From Candidatus Heimdallarchaeota archaeon (GTDB lineage Archaea; Asgardarchaeota; Heimdallarchaeia; Heimdallarchaeales; Heimdallarchaeaceae), in contig JAEOSZ010000053.1 of the NCBI GenBank assembly GCA_016840095.1, positions 1 through 13,796 on the forward strand: 13,796 nt of DNA, in the 5' to 3' direction. This document shows, one piece after another, positions 1 to 7,899 of the stretch. The notes beneath the pieces are model-generated. The model saw only the letters and a list, made by a program, of their open reading frames with translations, searched no databases and was not told the DNA's origin. A program made the translations under genes and the position numbers. Every line of letters starts with the position of its first letter. Position 1 is the first letter of the stretch.

Positions 1-1
1 A

Positions 2-679
2 GGATTAAATGGATTATCCAAATTCTATGTTTGGATAAATACTCCCATGATTCCTTTCATAATTGTCTATGGTTTTTCTTTGTTCATAGGTCATTTTAAT
101 GCAAAGAAACTAGCAAATGATGAAACAAGATTCACAATCTACATCACTTGGGTAATTCTGATTTCTCATACTTTTATCTCAAGAGGACTGTTCAAATATT
201 ATGATGCATTTTATACTCCTTTCTTCATTCTATCAGCTATAGTGCTATCAAATTCATTTATAGAAAAAATCAAAAGCTTGGCACAAAGGAGAAAAGAGAG
301 GAAATCTTCTAAACAAATAAGCGAAGACAATCCAAAAACACTAGTTAAAATCGGCTTAGGATCTCTTGATATTCTTCTTGTATTGATAATGACTCTTGGA
401 ATATATTACTATAGTTGGGTAATAATGATTACAGTTAGATTTATCCATCCTGCATTATTAGTACATTTAACTTTAATTATTTCGATCTTTCTGCCTTTTA
501 GTTATTATAGGGAAATTAAGAAGAAATCAAATTATAAACAATTAAAGCAGGACTTCATAGATTTCTTCAAATATATAAAACAAAGTATAATCAACTCATA
601 CAAAGCAATAAAGAAAGGGTTGTCATGGCCTTTTAAGAAACTAAAATCTATCCTTGATAAACCAAAGAAAGAAGTGTAA
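2..679 (+). CDS. Polytopic membrane protein, 5'-truncated by the window edge (possibly GT-C glycosyltransferase-like)
   Basis: The frame is open from nt 2 (GLNGLSKFYVWINTP) into the ATG at 47, so the true start is probably upstream. It has about 5 hydrophobic segments, a loop motif SRGLFKYY..FYTPF and a Lys-rich C-terminal tail. The GT-C assignment is only a guess. Confidence 0.6.
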   Translation, partial: GLNGLSKFYVWINTPMIPFIIVYGFSLFIGHFNAKKLANDETRFTIYITWVILISHTFISRGLFKYYDAFYTPFFILSAIVLSNSFIEKIKSLAQRRKERKSSKQISEDNPKTLVKIGLGSLDILLVLIMTLGIYYYSWVIMITVRFIHPALLVHLTLIISIFLPFSYYREIKKKSNYKQLKQDFIDFFKYIKQSIINSYKAIKKGLSWPFKKLKSILDKPKKEV

Positions 680-694
680 AAAGAGGATGAAAAA

Positions 695-1489
695 TTATCC
701 ATCTATTAGATTTCCTTCTTGATCGAAAAATCTATTTTTTCTAAAACTTGCTGTCATGAATTTCCAAAGAATCTTAGCTGTTCCCGAGAAGTTTATGTTC
801 TTATTGCTTTTGCTAATTTTGTACATTTTCTTCACAAGAAATTTCGCAACTTTGTCAGGTTTCTCACCCAGAATGTTGAATATTGGAACAGCTTCCTCGG
901 ATACGTTATCTATTATGAAATCAGTTATAACAATCCCTGGACTTAGATAATTTATCAGAATATTGGTGTCTTTTAATTCCTTAGATAATGATTTAGTAAG
1001 TTGAGGAATGGAAGCTTTAGATGCTCCATATACAACCATTTTTGGAGATGCCATCCCGTTAGAACCCATACCAGCCAAGTTGAAAATCTTTCCATACCCT
1101 TGCTTAGTCATATAACTGATAGCTTCTTTACACCCATATAAGGTTCCAAGAACATTTATCTGAATTACTGATTCCAGAGTTTTATCTTCCCAAGTAGTAA
1201 TATCTCCATAATGAGTCCCATTGATACCAGCGTTGTTAATCCATATATCAATGCCTGAAAGCTTATCGTCACTGAAGCTAATTAAATTCTTAATGTCTTC
1301 AGGTAGAGAGACATCACAAGTTGTTCCATATACTTCTGTTTTTGGAAATAAAAGCTTAATATCCTTAACTGCTTGATCTACGGATTCTTTGTTTCTTGAA
1401 GAAATTATTAGCTGTTCTCCATTTTTTGCAAATTCTTTAGCTAAAGAAAAACCTATTCCTTTAGAACTTCCAGTAATTACAATCTTCAT
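695..1489 (-). CDS. Classical SDR oxidoreductase, chlorophyll(ide) b reductase NOL/NYC1-like family
   Basis: TGSSKGIG Rossmann motif, IDIWINNAG, catalytic YGASK, LSPGIVITD. GMGSNG, FNILGE and C-terminal RKNRF resemble the NOL family as recalled. Confidence 0.9.
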   Translation of the reverse strand: MKIVITGSSKGIGFSLAKEFAKNGEQLIISSRNKESVDQAVKDIKLLFPKTEVYGTTCDVSLPEDIKNLISFSDDKLSGIDIWINNAGINGTHYGDITTWEDKTLESVIQINVLGTLYGCKEAISYMTKQGYGKIFNLAGMGSNGMASPKMVVYGASKASIPQLTKSLSKELKDTNILINYLSPGIVITDFIIDNVSEEAVPIFNILGEKPDKVAKFLVKKMYKISKSNKNINFSGTAKILWKFMTASFRKNRFFDQEGNLIDG

Positions 1490-1510
1490 ACTAGAAAGTT
1501 AAAATTTGTC

Positions 1511-1520
1511 TATTTAATAA
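1511..1520 (-). promoter_or_regulatory. Archaeal TATA box for the SDR gene (probably leaderless)
   Basis: The minus strand reads TTATTAAATA, 22-31 nt upstream of the ATG at 1489. Confidence 0.55.
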
Positions 1521-1622
1521 TATGTAAGCAAGCATATAATCAAAATCTGTTAAATGTATTGAAAATCTAGAAAATATTCGCCTATACAAAAGATTTTTCT
1601 AAAAGTAAGTTAGATTTTACAC

Positions 1623-2765
1623 ATGAAACAAAAACATGGATTCAGTTCAATATTAGTCGTAATTTTCAGTATAGTACTGCTAATCAACCTTCCTGAACCA
1701 AATGTTTATGCGATAAATTATGAATCATCCTTTCATCATTCCCATATCGACTCAGATGGAGCTTGGGAAATTACTCAAGGAACCAAGAATATTACTGTTG
1801 CAGTAATTGACTCTGGCATTGATTTCAATCATCCTGATCTTGTCGGAACATCTTGGAACAATACAGATGAGTATCCTATCAATGGAGTAGATGATGATGG
1901 AAATGGATATATAGATGATGTCAGTGGCTGGGATTTTGCTTCTAATGATAGTACTCCTGGACCAGAAGGTGGTGATCCAATTACTTGGCACGGAACTTTT
2001 TGTGCTGGTCTTGTAGCTGCTCCTTTAAATGATGATGGTATAGTAGGAGTTGCACCAAATGTAACTATAATGGATGTCCGAATTCTTGATTCTGCAGGTT
2101 ACGGATATGGTAATGAGAATTTAGGCGATGCTATACGTTATGCTGCAGAAAATGGTGCAGATGTGATTAGTATGAGTCTTTGGTGGTCTCAAAGTGAATT
2201 ATATCTCGATGATATTCAATATGCAGTTAGTCAAAATATACCAGTTGTTGCTATTACAGGAAATGACGGTCTAAATACCACAGCTTATCCTGGTGCATAT
2301 CCTGAAGTAATAGCAGTTGGAGCGACAAACTTCATCAAGGAAAAGGCAGACTATAGTAACTATGGTCCTCTGACAGATATCGTTGCGCCTGTGGGTGATT
2401 CAGATGGATCAATGATAAGAAGTGCAGCACCTCCAGATCTTTACTATACAGGTTGGGGAACATCCTTTGCATGTCCTCAAGTAGCAGCTACTATTGCTTT
2501 AATGAGATCATTAAATTATTCATTAACTGTAGATGAAATTAAAGATATATTGTTTAAGTCTGCAACTGATCTAGGTGATCCAGGGAAGGATGGTTACTTT
2601 GGTCATGGTCTCCTTAATGTTTCAAAAGCTGTAAGAGCGGTACTAGATCCTAACGAATTAATTACTCCTACCCCTACAAGGACCAATTTCTTAGCAATAA
2701 TACCAGCTTTTATGGTAATGACTATTACAATAATAGTTCTCAAAAAGAAGAAGATTGCAAAGTAG
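1623..2765 (+). CDS. S8 subtilisin-like serine peptidase with signal peptide and C-terminal membrane anchor (paralog 1)
   Basis: Catalytic triad VID63SG, WH123GT and GTS281FACP; oxyanion ITGN; Ca-binding-type insert NGVDDDGNGYIDD..GWDF; N-terminal hydrophobic signal; C-terminal TPTPT linker, TM helix and KKKK. Confidence 0.95.
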   Translation: MKQKHGFSSILVVIFSIVLLINLPEPNVYAINYESSFHHSHIDSDGAWEITQGTKNITVAVIDSGIDFNHPDLVGTSWNNTDEYPINGVDDDGNGYIDDVSGWDFASNDSTPGPEGGDPITWHGTFCAGLVAAPLNDDGIVGVAPNVTIMDVRILDSAGYGYGNENLGDAIRYAAENGADVISMSLWWSQSELYLDDIQYAVSQNIPVVAITGNDGLNTTAYPGAYPEVIAVGATNFIKEKADYSNYGPLTDIVAPVGDSDGSMIRSAAPPDLYYTGWGTSFACPQVAATIALMRSLNYSLTVDEIKDILFKSATDLGDPGKDGYFGHGLLNVSKAVRAVLDPNELITPTPTRTNFLAIIPAFMVMTITIIVLKKKKIAK

Positions 2766-2827
2766 AAAACGATAACTCAGCATTATAATACATCACTCAG
2801 AAGTTAATAGACTTTTGAGAAAATTTT

Positions 2828-2860
2828 TTTCAATTGAATATGTTGAAAATTCAATTGAAA
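2828..2860. repeat. 12-bp inverted repeat whose arms each contain the palindrome TTCAATTGAA, between convergent genes
   Basis: TTTCAATTGAAT (2828-2839), a 9-nt spacer, then ATTCAATTGAAA (2849-2860). Possible bidirectional terminator or protein-binding site. Confidence 0.7.
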
Positions 2861-2897
2861 TTTCCTTTCTTCTTAATTCAGATTTAATGAATTGTTG

Positions 2898-3296
2898 TTA
2901 TTCGACTGAGTGTTTCAAAGAAAGTTGTTCAAAAATATACGCAACTTCCCTGATGAAAGATACTTTTTTCGCTGCTTCTTTATAGAATTGGATTATACTA
3001 AATTCTAATTCATTTAGTTTTGCTAGGGTGATTTTATCCGAATCAAGGTCGAAAATTTCTCTATATGGTTCTTGTTTAAAATCTTCAATAGGTTCAAGAA
3101 TCATCTCTGTTGTGTTTTCACGTTGTATTTTCTTTAATTTCTTGATATTTTTTAGGCTTTGATTTATTTTTGTCTGACATGTTTCTTTGAACTCTTTTTC
3201 TTCTTCATTTTCTGTTGCTATTTGGTATAACTCTTTAATTGTAGTTTCAATTTTCAAAGCAAATTTTATTACAGATCCTAAAGTTGCCAATGTCAT
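2898..3296 (-). CDS. Small ferritin/rubrerythrin-like four-helix protein with degenerate metal ligands
   Basis: Two repeated helix motifs, FALKIE....LY and LNELE....FY, are typical of the ferritin-like fold. It has an SD site and lies 17 nt downstream of the dehydrogenase. Confidence 0.65.
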   Translation of the reverse strand: MTLATLGSVIKFALKIETTIKELYQIATENEEEKEFKETCQTKINQSLKNIKKLKKIQRENTTEMILEPIEDFKQEPYREIFDLDSDKITLAKLNELEFSIIQFYKEAAKKVSFIREVAYIFEQLSLKHSVE

Positions 3297-3300
3297 TTAA

Positions 3301-3306
3301 TCACCT
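3301..3306 (-). promoter_or_regulatory. Shine-Dalgarno AGGTGA for the ferritin-like gene
   Basis: Plus-strand TCACCT at 3301-3306 reads AGGTGA on the minus strand, 4 nt before the ATG at 3296. This is an archaeal-type SD for an operon-internal gene. Confidence 0.7.
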
Positions 3307-3313
3307 ATTCTTA

Positions 3314-4771
3314 TCAAAACCATCTAGTTATCACTACTTTATCTTCAGTGAAGAAATCGACTCCACTTTTACCTTGTCCATGAAGATCGCCTTTAAAGCT
3401 ATCTTTCATTCCTGAGAATGGAAATGATGCAATTGGGGCGGCGACTCCAATATTTATACCAATATTTCCTGCATTCACTTTGTATTGGTAATCTCTCGCA
3501 TTCTTACCACTTGAAGTGAATATTGAGGAAGCATTTCCATATCTGCTTTTGTTTATGATTTCAATAGCTTCCTCTAAAGATGCAACTCGAATTATAGGAA
3601 TAACTGGTCCAAAAATCTCTTCTTGAGCTATAGTCATATCTGATGTTACATCATCAAAAATTGAGGGACCCATGAAATAGCCTTTAGATAGTTTATCATC
3701 AAGTGAAATATTCCTTCCATCAAGAATTAAAGTTGCTCCTTCCTCTATTCCTTTGTCAATAAATTGGAGCACACTTTTGAGCCCAGCATTTGAAGCTAAT
3801 GGACCCATTTGAGTATTGTCATCTAAGCCATCACCAACTTGAATCTTTTTTGCAGCTTCAAGTAATCTCTCTTTGAGAGGTTCATATACCTCACCAACTG
3901 CTAGGAGCACTCCTCCAGCTAAACAGCGCTGACCTGTATTTCCATAAAAAGAAGTAATCAGATTAGGTATAGTTCTATCTAGATCGGCATCTGGCATTAC
4001 TGTTATGAAATTCTTAGCACCACCTTGAACCTGAACTCTTTTCCCAAATTCACCTGCTTTGCGATAAAGAAGATTACCTATTTTGGATGAACCTACAAAG
4101 GAAAATCCTACTGTATCTGGGCTTTCGATAAGTGTATTAACTACTTCTGCTCCTCCATGAACTAAGTTGATAATTCCCTTTGGAAAATCAATTTCATCAA
4201 TGATTTCAAATTGCTTAACCATAGTTATAGGACATTGGTCAGAAGGTTTGATGATGTATGTATTTCCAGTTGCTATAGCTAAAGGCCAAAACCATGCTGG
4301 AACCATTGCAGGAAAATTGAATGGAGCAACGCTGAAAAAAACACCCAAAGGTTGTTTGACAACCATCTCATCAATACCCATTGCTACATCCTCAAAATTG
4401 AAACCCATTTGCAATGATGGAATACTAGCTGCAAGTTCTATGCTCTCTATTGTACGTCTATACTCACCTCTTGATTCATCAAGAGTTTTCCCGTGTTCTA
4501 AAGTGCAGATTTCCGCAAGTTCATCAAAATTCTCTTCAAAAGCATCTCTTAATTCGAAAATATATCTAATTCTAGATTGAGCAGGAGTTGTTCTCCATCT
4601 CCAAAATGCTTCTTTAGCAGCACTAATTGCTTCTTCAGCATCTTCTCTTGTTCCCATAGGAGTTTTTGCAATTATTTCTCCATTTGCAGGGTTAATAACA
4701 TCTCTAAAATTATTGGCTTTTGATTCAACCCATTTACCATTAATATAGTTCTTTAGAATCTCATTACTCAT
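3314..4771 (-). CDS. mmsA: CoA-acylating (methyl)malonate-semialdehyde dehydrogenase (ALDH6/MmsA/IolA family)
   Basis: PFNFPAMVP, KPS, SFVGS, RVQVQGGAKN (lacks the general-base Glu of hydrolytic ALDHs), catalytic GQRCLA, EEIFGPV, and the family-specific FPFSGMKDSFKGDLHGQG tail. Confidence 0.93.
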   Translation of the reverse strand: MSNEILKNYINGKWVESKANNFRDVINPANGEIIAKTPMGTREDAEEAISAAKEAFWRWRTTPAQSRIRYIFELRDAFEENFDELAEICTLEHGKTLDESRGEYRRTIESIELAASIPSLQMGFNFEDVAMGIDEMVVKQPLGVFFSVAPFNFPAMVPAWFWPLAIATGNTYIIKPSDQCPITMVKQFEIIDEIDFPKGIINLVHGGAEVVNTLIESPDTVGFSFVGSSKIGNLLYRKAGEFGKRVQVQGGAKNFITVMPDADLDRTIPNLITSFYGNTGQRCLAGGVLLAVGEVYEPLKERLLEAAKKIQVGDGLDDNTQMGPLASNAGLKSVLQFIDKGIEEGATLILDGRNISLDDKLSKGYFMGPSIFDDVTSDMTIAQEEIFGPVIPIIRVASLEEAIEIINKSRYGNASSIFTSSGKNARDYQYKVNAGNIGINIGVAAPIASFPFSGMKDSFKGDLHGQGKSGVDFFTEDKVVITRWF

Positions 4772-4793
4772 TAGTTTGTTAGTAAAAAGACTG

Positions 4794-4801
4794 TTTATAA
4801 A
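4794..4801 (-). promoter_or_regulatory. Archaeal TATA box for the mmsA operon (probably leaderless)
   Basis: TTTATAAA on the minus strand, 23-30 nt upstream of the ATG at 4771. Confidence 0.65.
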
Positions 4802-4824
4802 TCTAATCTCTGGCAGACTTCTAG

Positions 4825-4840
4825 GAAAGCCTTTTATTGA
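4825..4840 (+). promoter_or_regulatory. Putative BRE-TATA for the aminotransferase-amidohydrolase unit
   Basis: GAAAGCC-TTTTATTG, about 55-60 nt upstream of the ATG at 4893, back-to-back with the mmsA promoter. Confidence 0.4.
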
Positions 4841-4892
4841 ATTTCTACATCAGAAAAACATCGAAGAATAGTTAGTTACAAATGGGATTATA

Positions 4893-6176
4893 ATGAATTC
4901 TAAAGATATAATGGAAAAAGACAAAGAATTTTTTGTGCAAGGATATACAAGAGTACCAATAGTACTTACTGAAGGAAAAGGAGCTATGCTTAAGGATTTA
5001 GAGGGTAAGGAATATATTGATTGCTTTGCTGGTATAGCAGTTTCAAATGTAGGCCATGCACACGAAAGATTAGTGAAAGTAGCATCAGAGCAAATGTCAA
5101 AATTAATTCATACATCTGGGAGATTCTTCAACATCCCTCAGACAAAACTAGTTGAAAAAATCGCAGAAATCTCACCAGGAAAATTGCAGTATACTTACTT
5201 ATGTAACAGCGGTACAGAAGCAGTAGAGAATGCAATAAAATTGGTAAAGAAATATGCGTCTTCTAGAGGAAAAACCGGGGCTGGTCTGATTTCTCTTGAA
5301 TGCTCTTTTCATGGAAGACTAGGTTATTCGTTAAGTCTAACAGGTCAAGCAAAATACAAAAAAGGTTTTGGAACTTATGCTAATGCTCCGGGAGTTGTTC
5401 ATGCACCAGTACCGTATAGTTATAGATCTAAACTTCCAGAAGATGAATTTGGAATTGAGACAGCATTAACTATAGAAGAAATAATAGATCGACATACAAC
5501 AGGTGATGTTGCAGCTTTTATCATGGAACCAATTTTAGGGGAAGGAGGTATTTTAGTTCCTCCATCAACATATTTTGAAACTCTAACAAAGATACTAAAA
5601 GAAAGAGATATTCCATTCATATTGGATGAAGTTCAATCAGGATTTGGTAGAACAGGAAAGATGTTCGCAGGAGAACATTGGAATCTAGAACCTGATTTAA
5701 TGACTATTGCGAAGGGAATGGGAGGAGGAATGCCAATTGGAGCAGCTGTTGCTACACCTGAAATTGCAGAAAGTGTTCAATCAGGTGATTTCTTTTCCAC
5801 ATATGGTGGTAATCCAGTCTGTTCATCAGTTGCATTAGAGAATATTCAAATTATTGACGATGAGAAACTTATCGATAACTCAAATTACATAGGTAAAATT
5901 TTCATGAACGGTCTTACTGAAATTGCTACAAAAAATGAACTAATAGGAGACATACGTGGAAAAGGTTTGATGATTGGAATAGAGCTTGTAAAAGATCAGA
6001 ATTCTAAACAACCAGCTGTTGAAGAAACCAAACAAGTTGTAGAGACTCTGAAGAAAGAAGGTGTTATTATTGGATTAGGTGGGATTTATGGAAATGTTCT
6101 ACGTTTACAGCCACCTTTATGTATTTCTGAAGAACAAGCAAAAATAGTGTTAGAGAAACTGAAACATGCTTTATGA
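4893..6176 (+). CDS. Class III PLP aminotransferase (GabT/ArgD/AGXT2-like; probable omega-amino acid transaminase)
   Basis: NSGTEAVENA, SFHGR, EPILGEGG, DEVQSGFGRTG, PLP lysine in AK274GMGGG, STYGGNP, NVLRLQPPL. Confidence 0.93.
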   Translation: MNSKDIMEKDKEFFVQGYTRVPIVLTEGKGAMLKDLEGKEYIDCFAGIAVSNVGHAHERLVKVASEQMSKLIHTSGRFFNIPQTKLVEKIAEISPGKLQYTYLCNSGTEAVENAIKLVKKYASSRGKTGAGLISLECSFHGRLGYSLSLTGQAKYKKGFGTYANAPGVVHAPVPYSYRSKLPEDEFGIETALTIEEIIDRHTTGDVAAFIMEPILGEGGILVPPSTYFETLTKILKERDIPFILDEVQSGFGRTGKMFAGEHWNLEPDLMTIAKGMGGGMPIGAAVATPEIAESVQSGDFFSTYGGNPVCSSVALENIQIIDDEKLIDNSNYIGKIFMNGLTEIATKNELIGDIRGKGLMIGIELVKDQNSKQPAVEETKQVVETLKKEGVIIGLGGIYGNVLRLQPPLCISEEQAKIVLEKLKHAL

Positions 6177-6232
6177 GTTTGACCAATTGAAATTATGAAG
6201 AAATATTGAAAATTGTAAGATGTTGAAAACAC

Positions 6233-7840
6233 ATGATATATGCTGATTTAGTTTTGAAAAATGGGAATATTATAACAATTGATAAAGAAGATTCAATAGT
6301 TGAAGCTGTTGCCGCAAAGTTCGGTAAAATTATAGCTGTCGGCAGTGATTCCGAGATTGAAAAACTAATAGACACCCAAACTGAAATATTAGATCTTTCT
6401 GGACAAACAGTTATTCCAGGACTAATTGATTCTCATGGTCATTTTATGCGAGAAGGTTCTACAAGACTAATGTTTATTGACTTGAGTGAAGAAGCTGGTA
6501 TCAAATCTATCCGCGATATTCAAGAAACTTTGAAAGAAAAAACTAAAAACACACCTTCTGGAGAATGGATATTTGGTTATCAAGAAGACGATTCAAAACT
6601 CTTAGAGAAAAGGCACCCAACTAGATGGGAACTGGACGAGATATCAAGTGCCCATCCAATAGTTATCACCACTGTAGGTGGTCATTTTTGGATTGCAAAT
6701 TCCTATGCTTTTGATCAAGCAAATATTGATAAGAATACACCAGATCCAGTTGGGGGAAAATTTGACCGAAATGAAGAAGGTGAACTTACTGGTGGTTTAC
6801 ATGAAGAAGCTTATCTTGTTTTGAGACCAGAAGGATACCCAGAACCTACTAGAGAACAAGCTTATGTTGGAGCTAAGTCTATCTTGGAAGAAGCTGCTTC
6901 AGTAGGATTAACTTGTATTTACGATTTGGTTGCTAAGTCTTCTATAAGAGCCGCTATTGACTTGAAAAATAATTCTGAGCTACCGATTAGGGTGAGGATG
7001 GATGTTACTATCGATTTGCTAGATGAAATGGATAAGTTAGGAATTTACAGAGGACTTGGAGATGATTGGCTAAGAGTTTGCGGTCTAAAGTTTTTCTTTG
7101 ATGGAGCTATCTCAGCTCGAACAGCTGCAGTTACAGAACCTTATTTGGATAAACCAAATTTTTATGGTGTTATGGCAACAACTCCTGATTTAGCAACAGA
7201 AATCCTCGAAAAGGCATATCAGAGTGGATATCGTATTTCTGCACATGCTAATGGAGATAGAGCGATAAAAATTTATCTAGATATAATGGAAAAATTGCAA
7301 AAGAAATATCCTAGAAAAGATCCAAGGAATAGAGATATTCATTGCACAGTACTCAATCAAGAATTAATTACTAGAATCAAGAAACTTGGTATTTTACCAA
7401 CAATTTTTGGACCTTATGCTTATTATCATGGAGATAAACTAATACCTTCTTTTGGTGAAGATAGACTAGAAAACATGTTTGCAGCAAGATCTCTTTTAGA
7501 TACAGGAATAGTAGCTTCCGCTCATTCAGATCATCCATGTGCTCCTTTTCCGCCACTTATGGCTTTACATGCTCTTGTTAATAGAAAAACCAAAGCAGGC
7601 AAACCCATTGGACAAAGTCAAAAAATCAGTATTAATGAAGCAATTAAGATGTATACAATAAATGCAGCATACCATTCGTTTGATGAAGATAAACTTGGTT
7701 CAATTGAAGTTGGAAAATACGCTGATTTTGTAGTATTAGGAGAAGATATTCTAAATATTCCTACAGAGGATATAATGACTATTCCTATTGAAATGACTAT
7801 AATAGAAGGCAAAATTGTATATAATAGAATTAAGCAGTAA
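6233..7840 (+). CDS. Metal-dependent amidohydrolase, Amidohydro_3 / YtcJ-like family
   Basis: PGLIDSHGH (HxH), GLKFFFDGAISARTA, HANGDRA, IHC, SDHP, YTINAAY, GSIEVGKYADFVVL. Confidence 0.92.
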   Translation: MIYADLVLKNGNIITIDKEDSIVEAVAAKFGKIIAVGSDSEIEKLIDTQTEILDLSGQTVIPGLIDSHGHFMREGSTRLMFIDLSEEAGIKSIRDIQETLKEKTKNTPSGEWIFGYQEDDSKLLEKRHPTRWELDEISSAHPIVITTVGGHFWIANSYAFDQANIDKNTPDPVGGKFDRNEEGELTGGLHEEAYLVLRPEGYPEPTREQAYVGAKSILEEAASVGLTCIYDLVAKSSIRAAIDLKNNSELPIRVRMDVTIDLLDEMDKLGIYRGLGDDWLRVCGLKFFFDGAISARTAAVTEPYLDKPNFYGVMATTPDLATEILEKAYQSGYRISAHANGDRAIKIYLDIMEKLQKKYPRKDPRNRDIHCTVLNQELITRIKKLGILPTIFGPYAYYHGDKLIPSFGEDRLENMFAARSLLDTGIVASAHSDHPCAPFPPLMALHALVNRKTKAGKPIGQSQKISINEAIKMYTINAAYHSFDEDKLGSIEVGKYADFVVLGEDILNIPTEDIMTIPIEMTIIEGKIVYNRIKQ

Positions 7841-7864
7841 ATCTAACTCATCAGTTATTTTTTA

Positions 7865-7878
7865 CAAAACTTTATGAA
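7865..7878 (+). promoter_or_regulatory. BRE-TATA for S8 paralog 2 (leaderless; supports the ATG at 7900)
   Basis: CAAAAC-TTTATGAA, with the TATA at 7871-7878, 22-29 nt upstream of the ATG at 7900. Confidence 0.6.
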
Positions 7879-7899
7879 CTTTTGAGATATTTCTCAATT

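Noticed and set aside
719-950. ORFs 719-946 and 756-950 (+)
   Set aside because: Antisense shadows of the well-supported SDR gene, with no recognisable motifs.
1562-1618. AAAATCTA...TAGATTTT inverted repeat upstream of S8 paralog 1
   Set aside because: Only 8 bp, AT-rich and separated by a 41-nt spacer, so plausibly chance.
1752-1991. 79-aa ORF (-)
   Set aside because: Antisense to the catalytic region of S8 paralog 1.
4167-4580. 137-aa ORF (+)
   Set aside because: Antisense to mmsA, with the Ser/Ile-rich composition typical of shadow frames.
4893-6176. Assigning the symbol argD or gabT
   Set aside because: The motifs do not resolve the substrate, and the context points to beta-amino acid catabolism rather than arginine synthesis.
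5420-7812. Short minus-strand ORFs 5420-5620, 6193-6375 and 7618-7812
   Set aside because: Antisense shadows of the aminotransferase and amidohydrolase genes.
7882-7899. TTG start for S8 paralog 2
   Set aside because: It lies only 3 nt from the TATA box, and the ATG at 7900 fits the promoter spacing.
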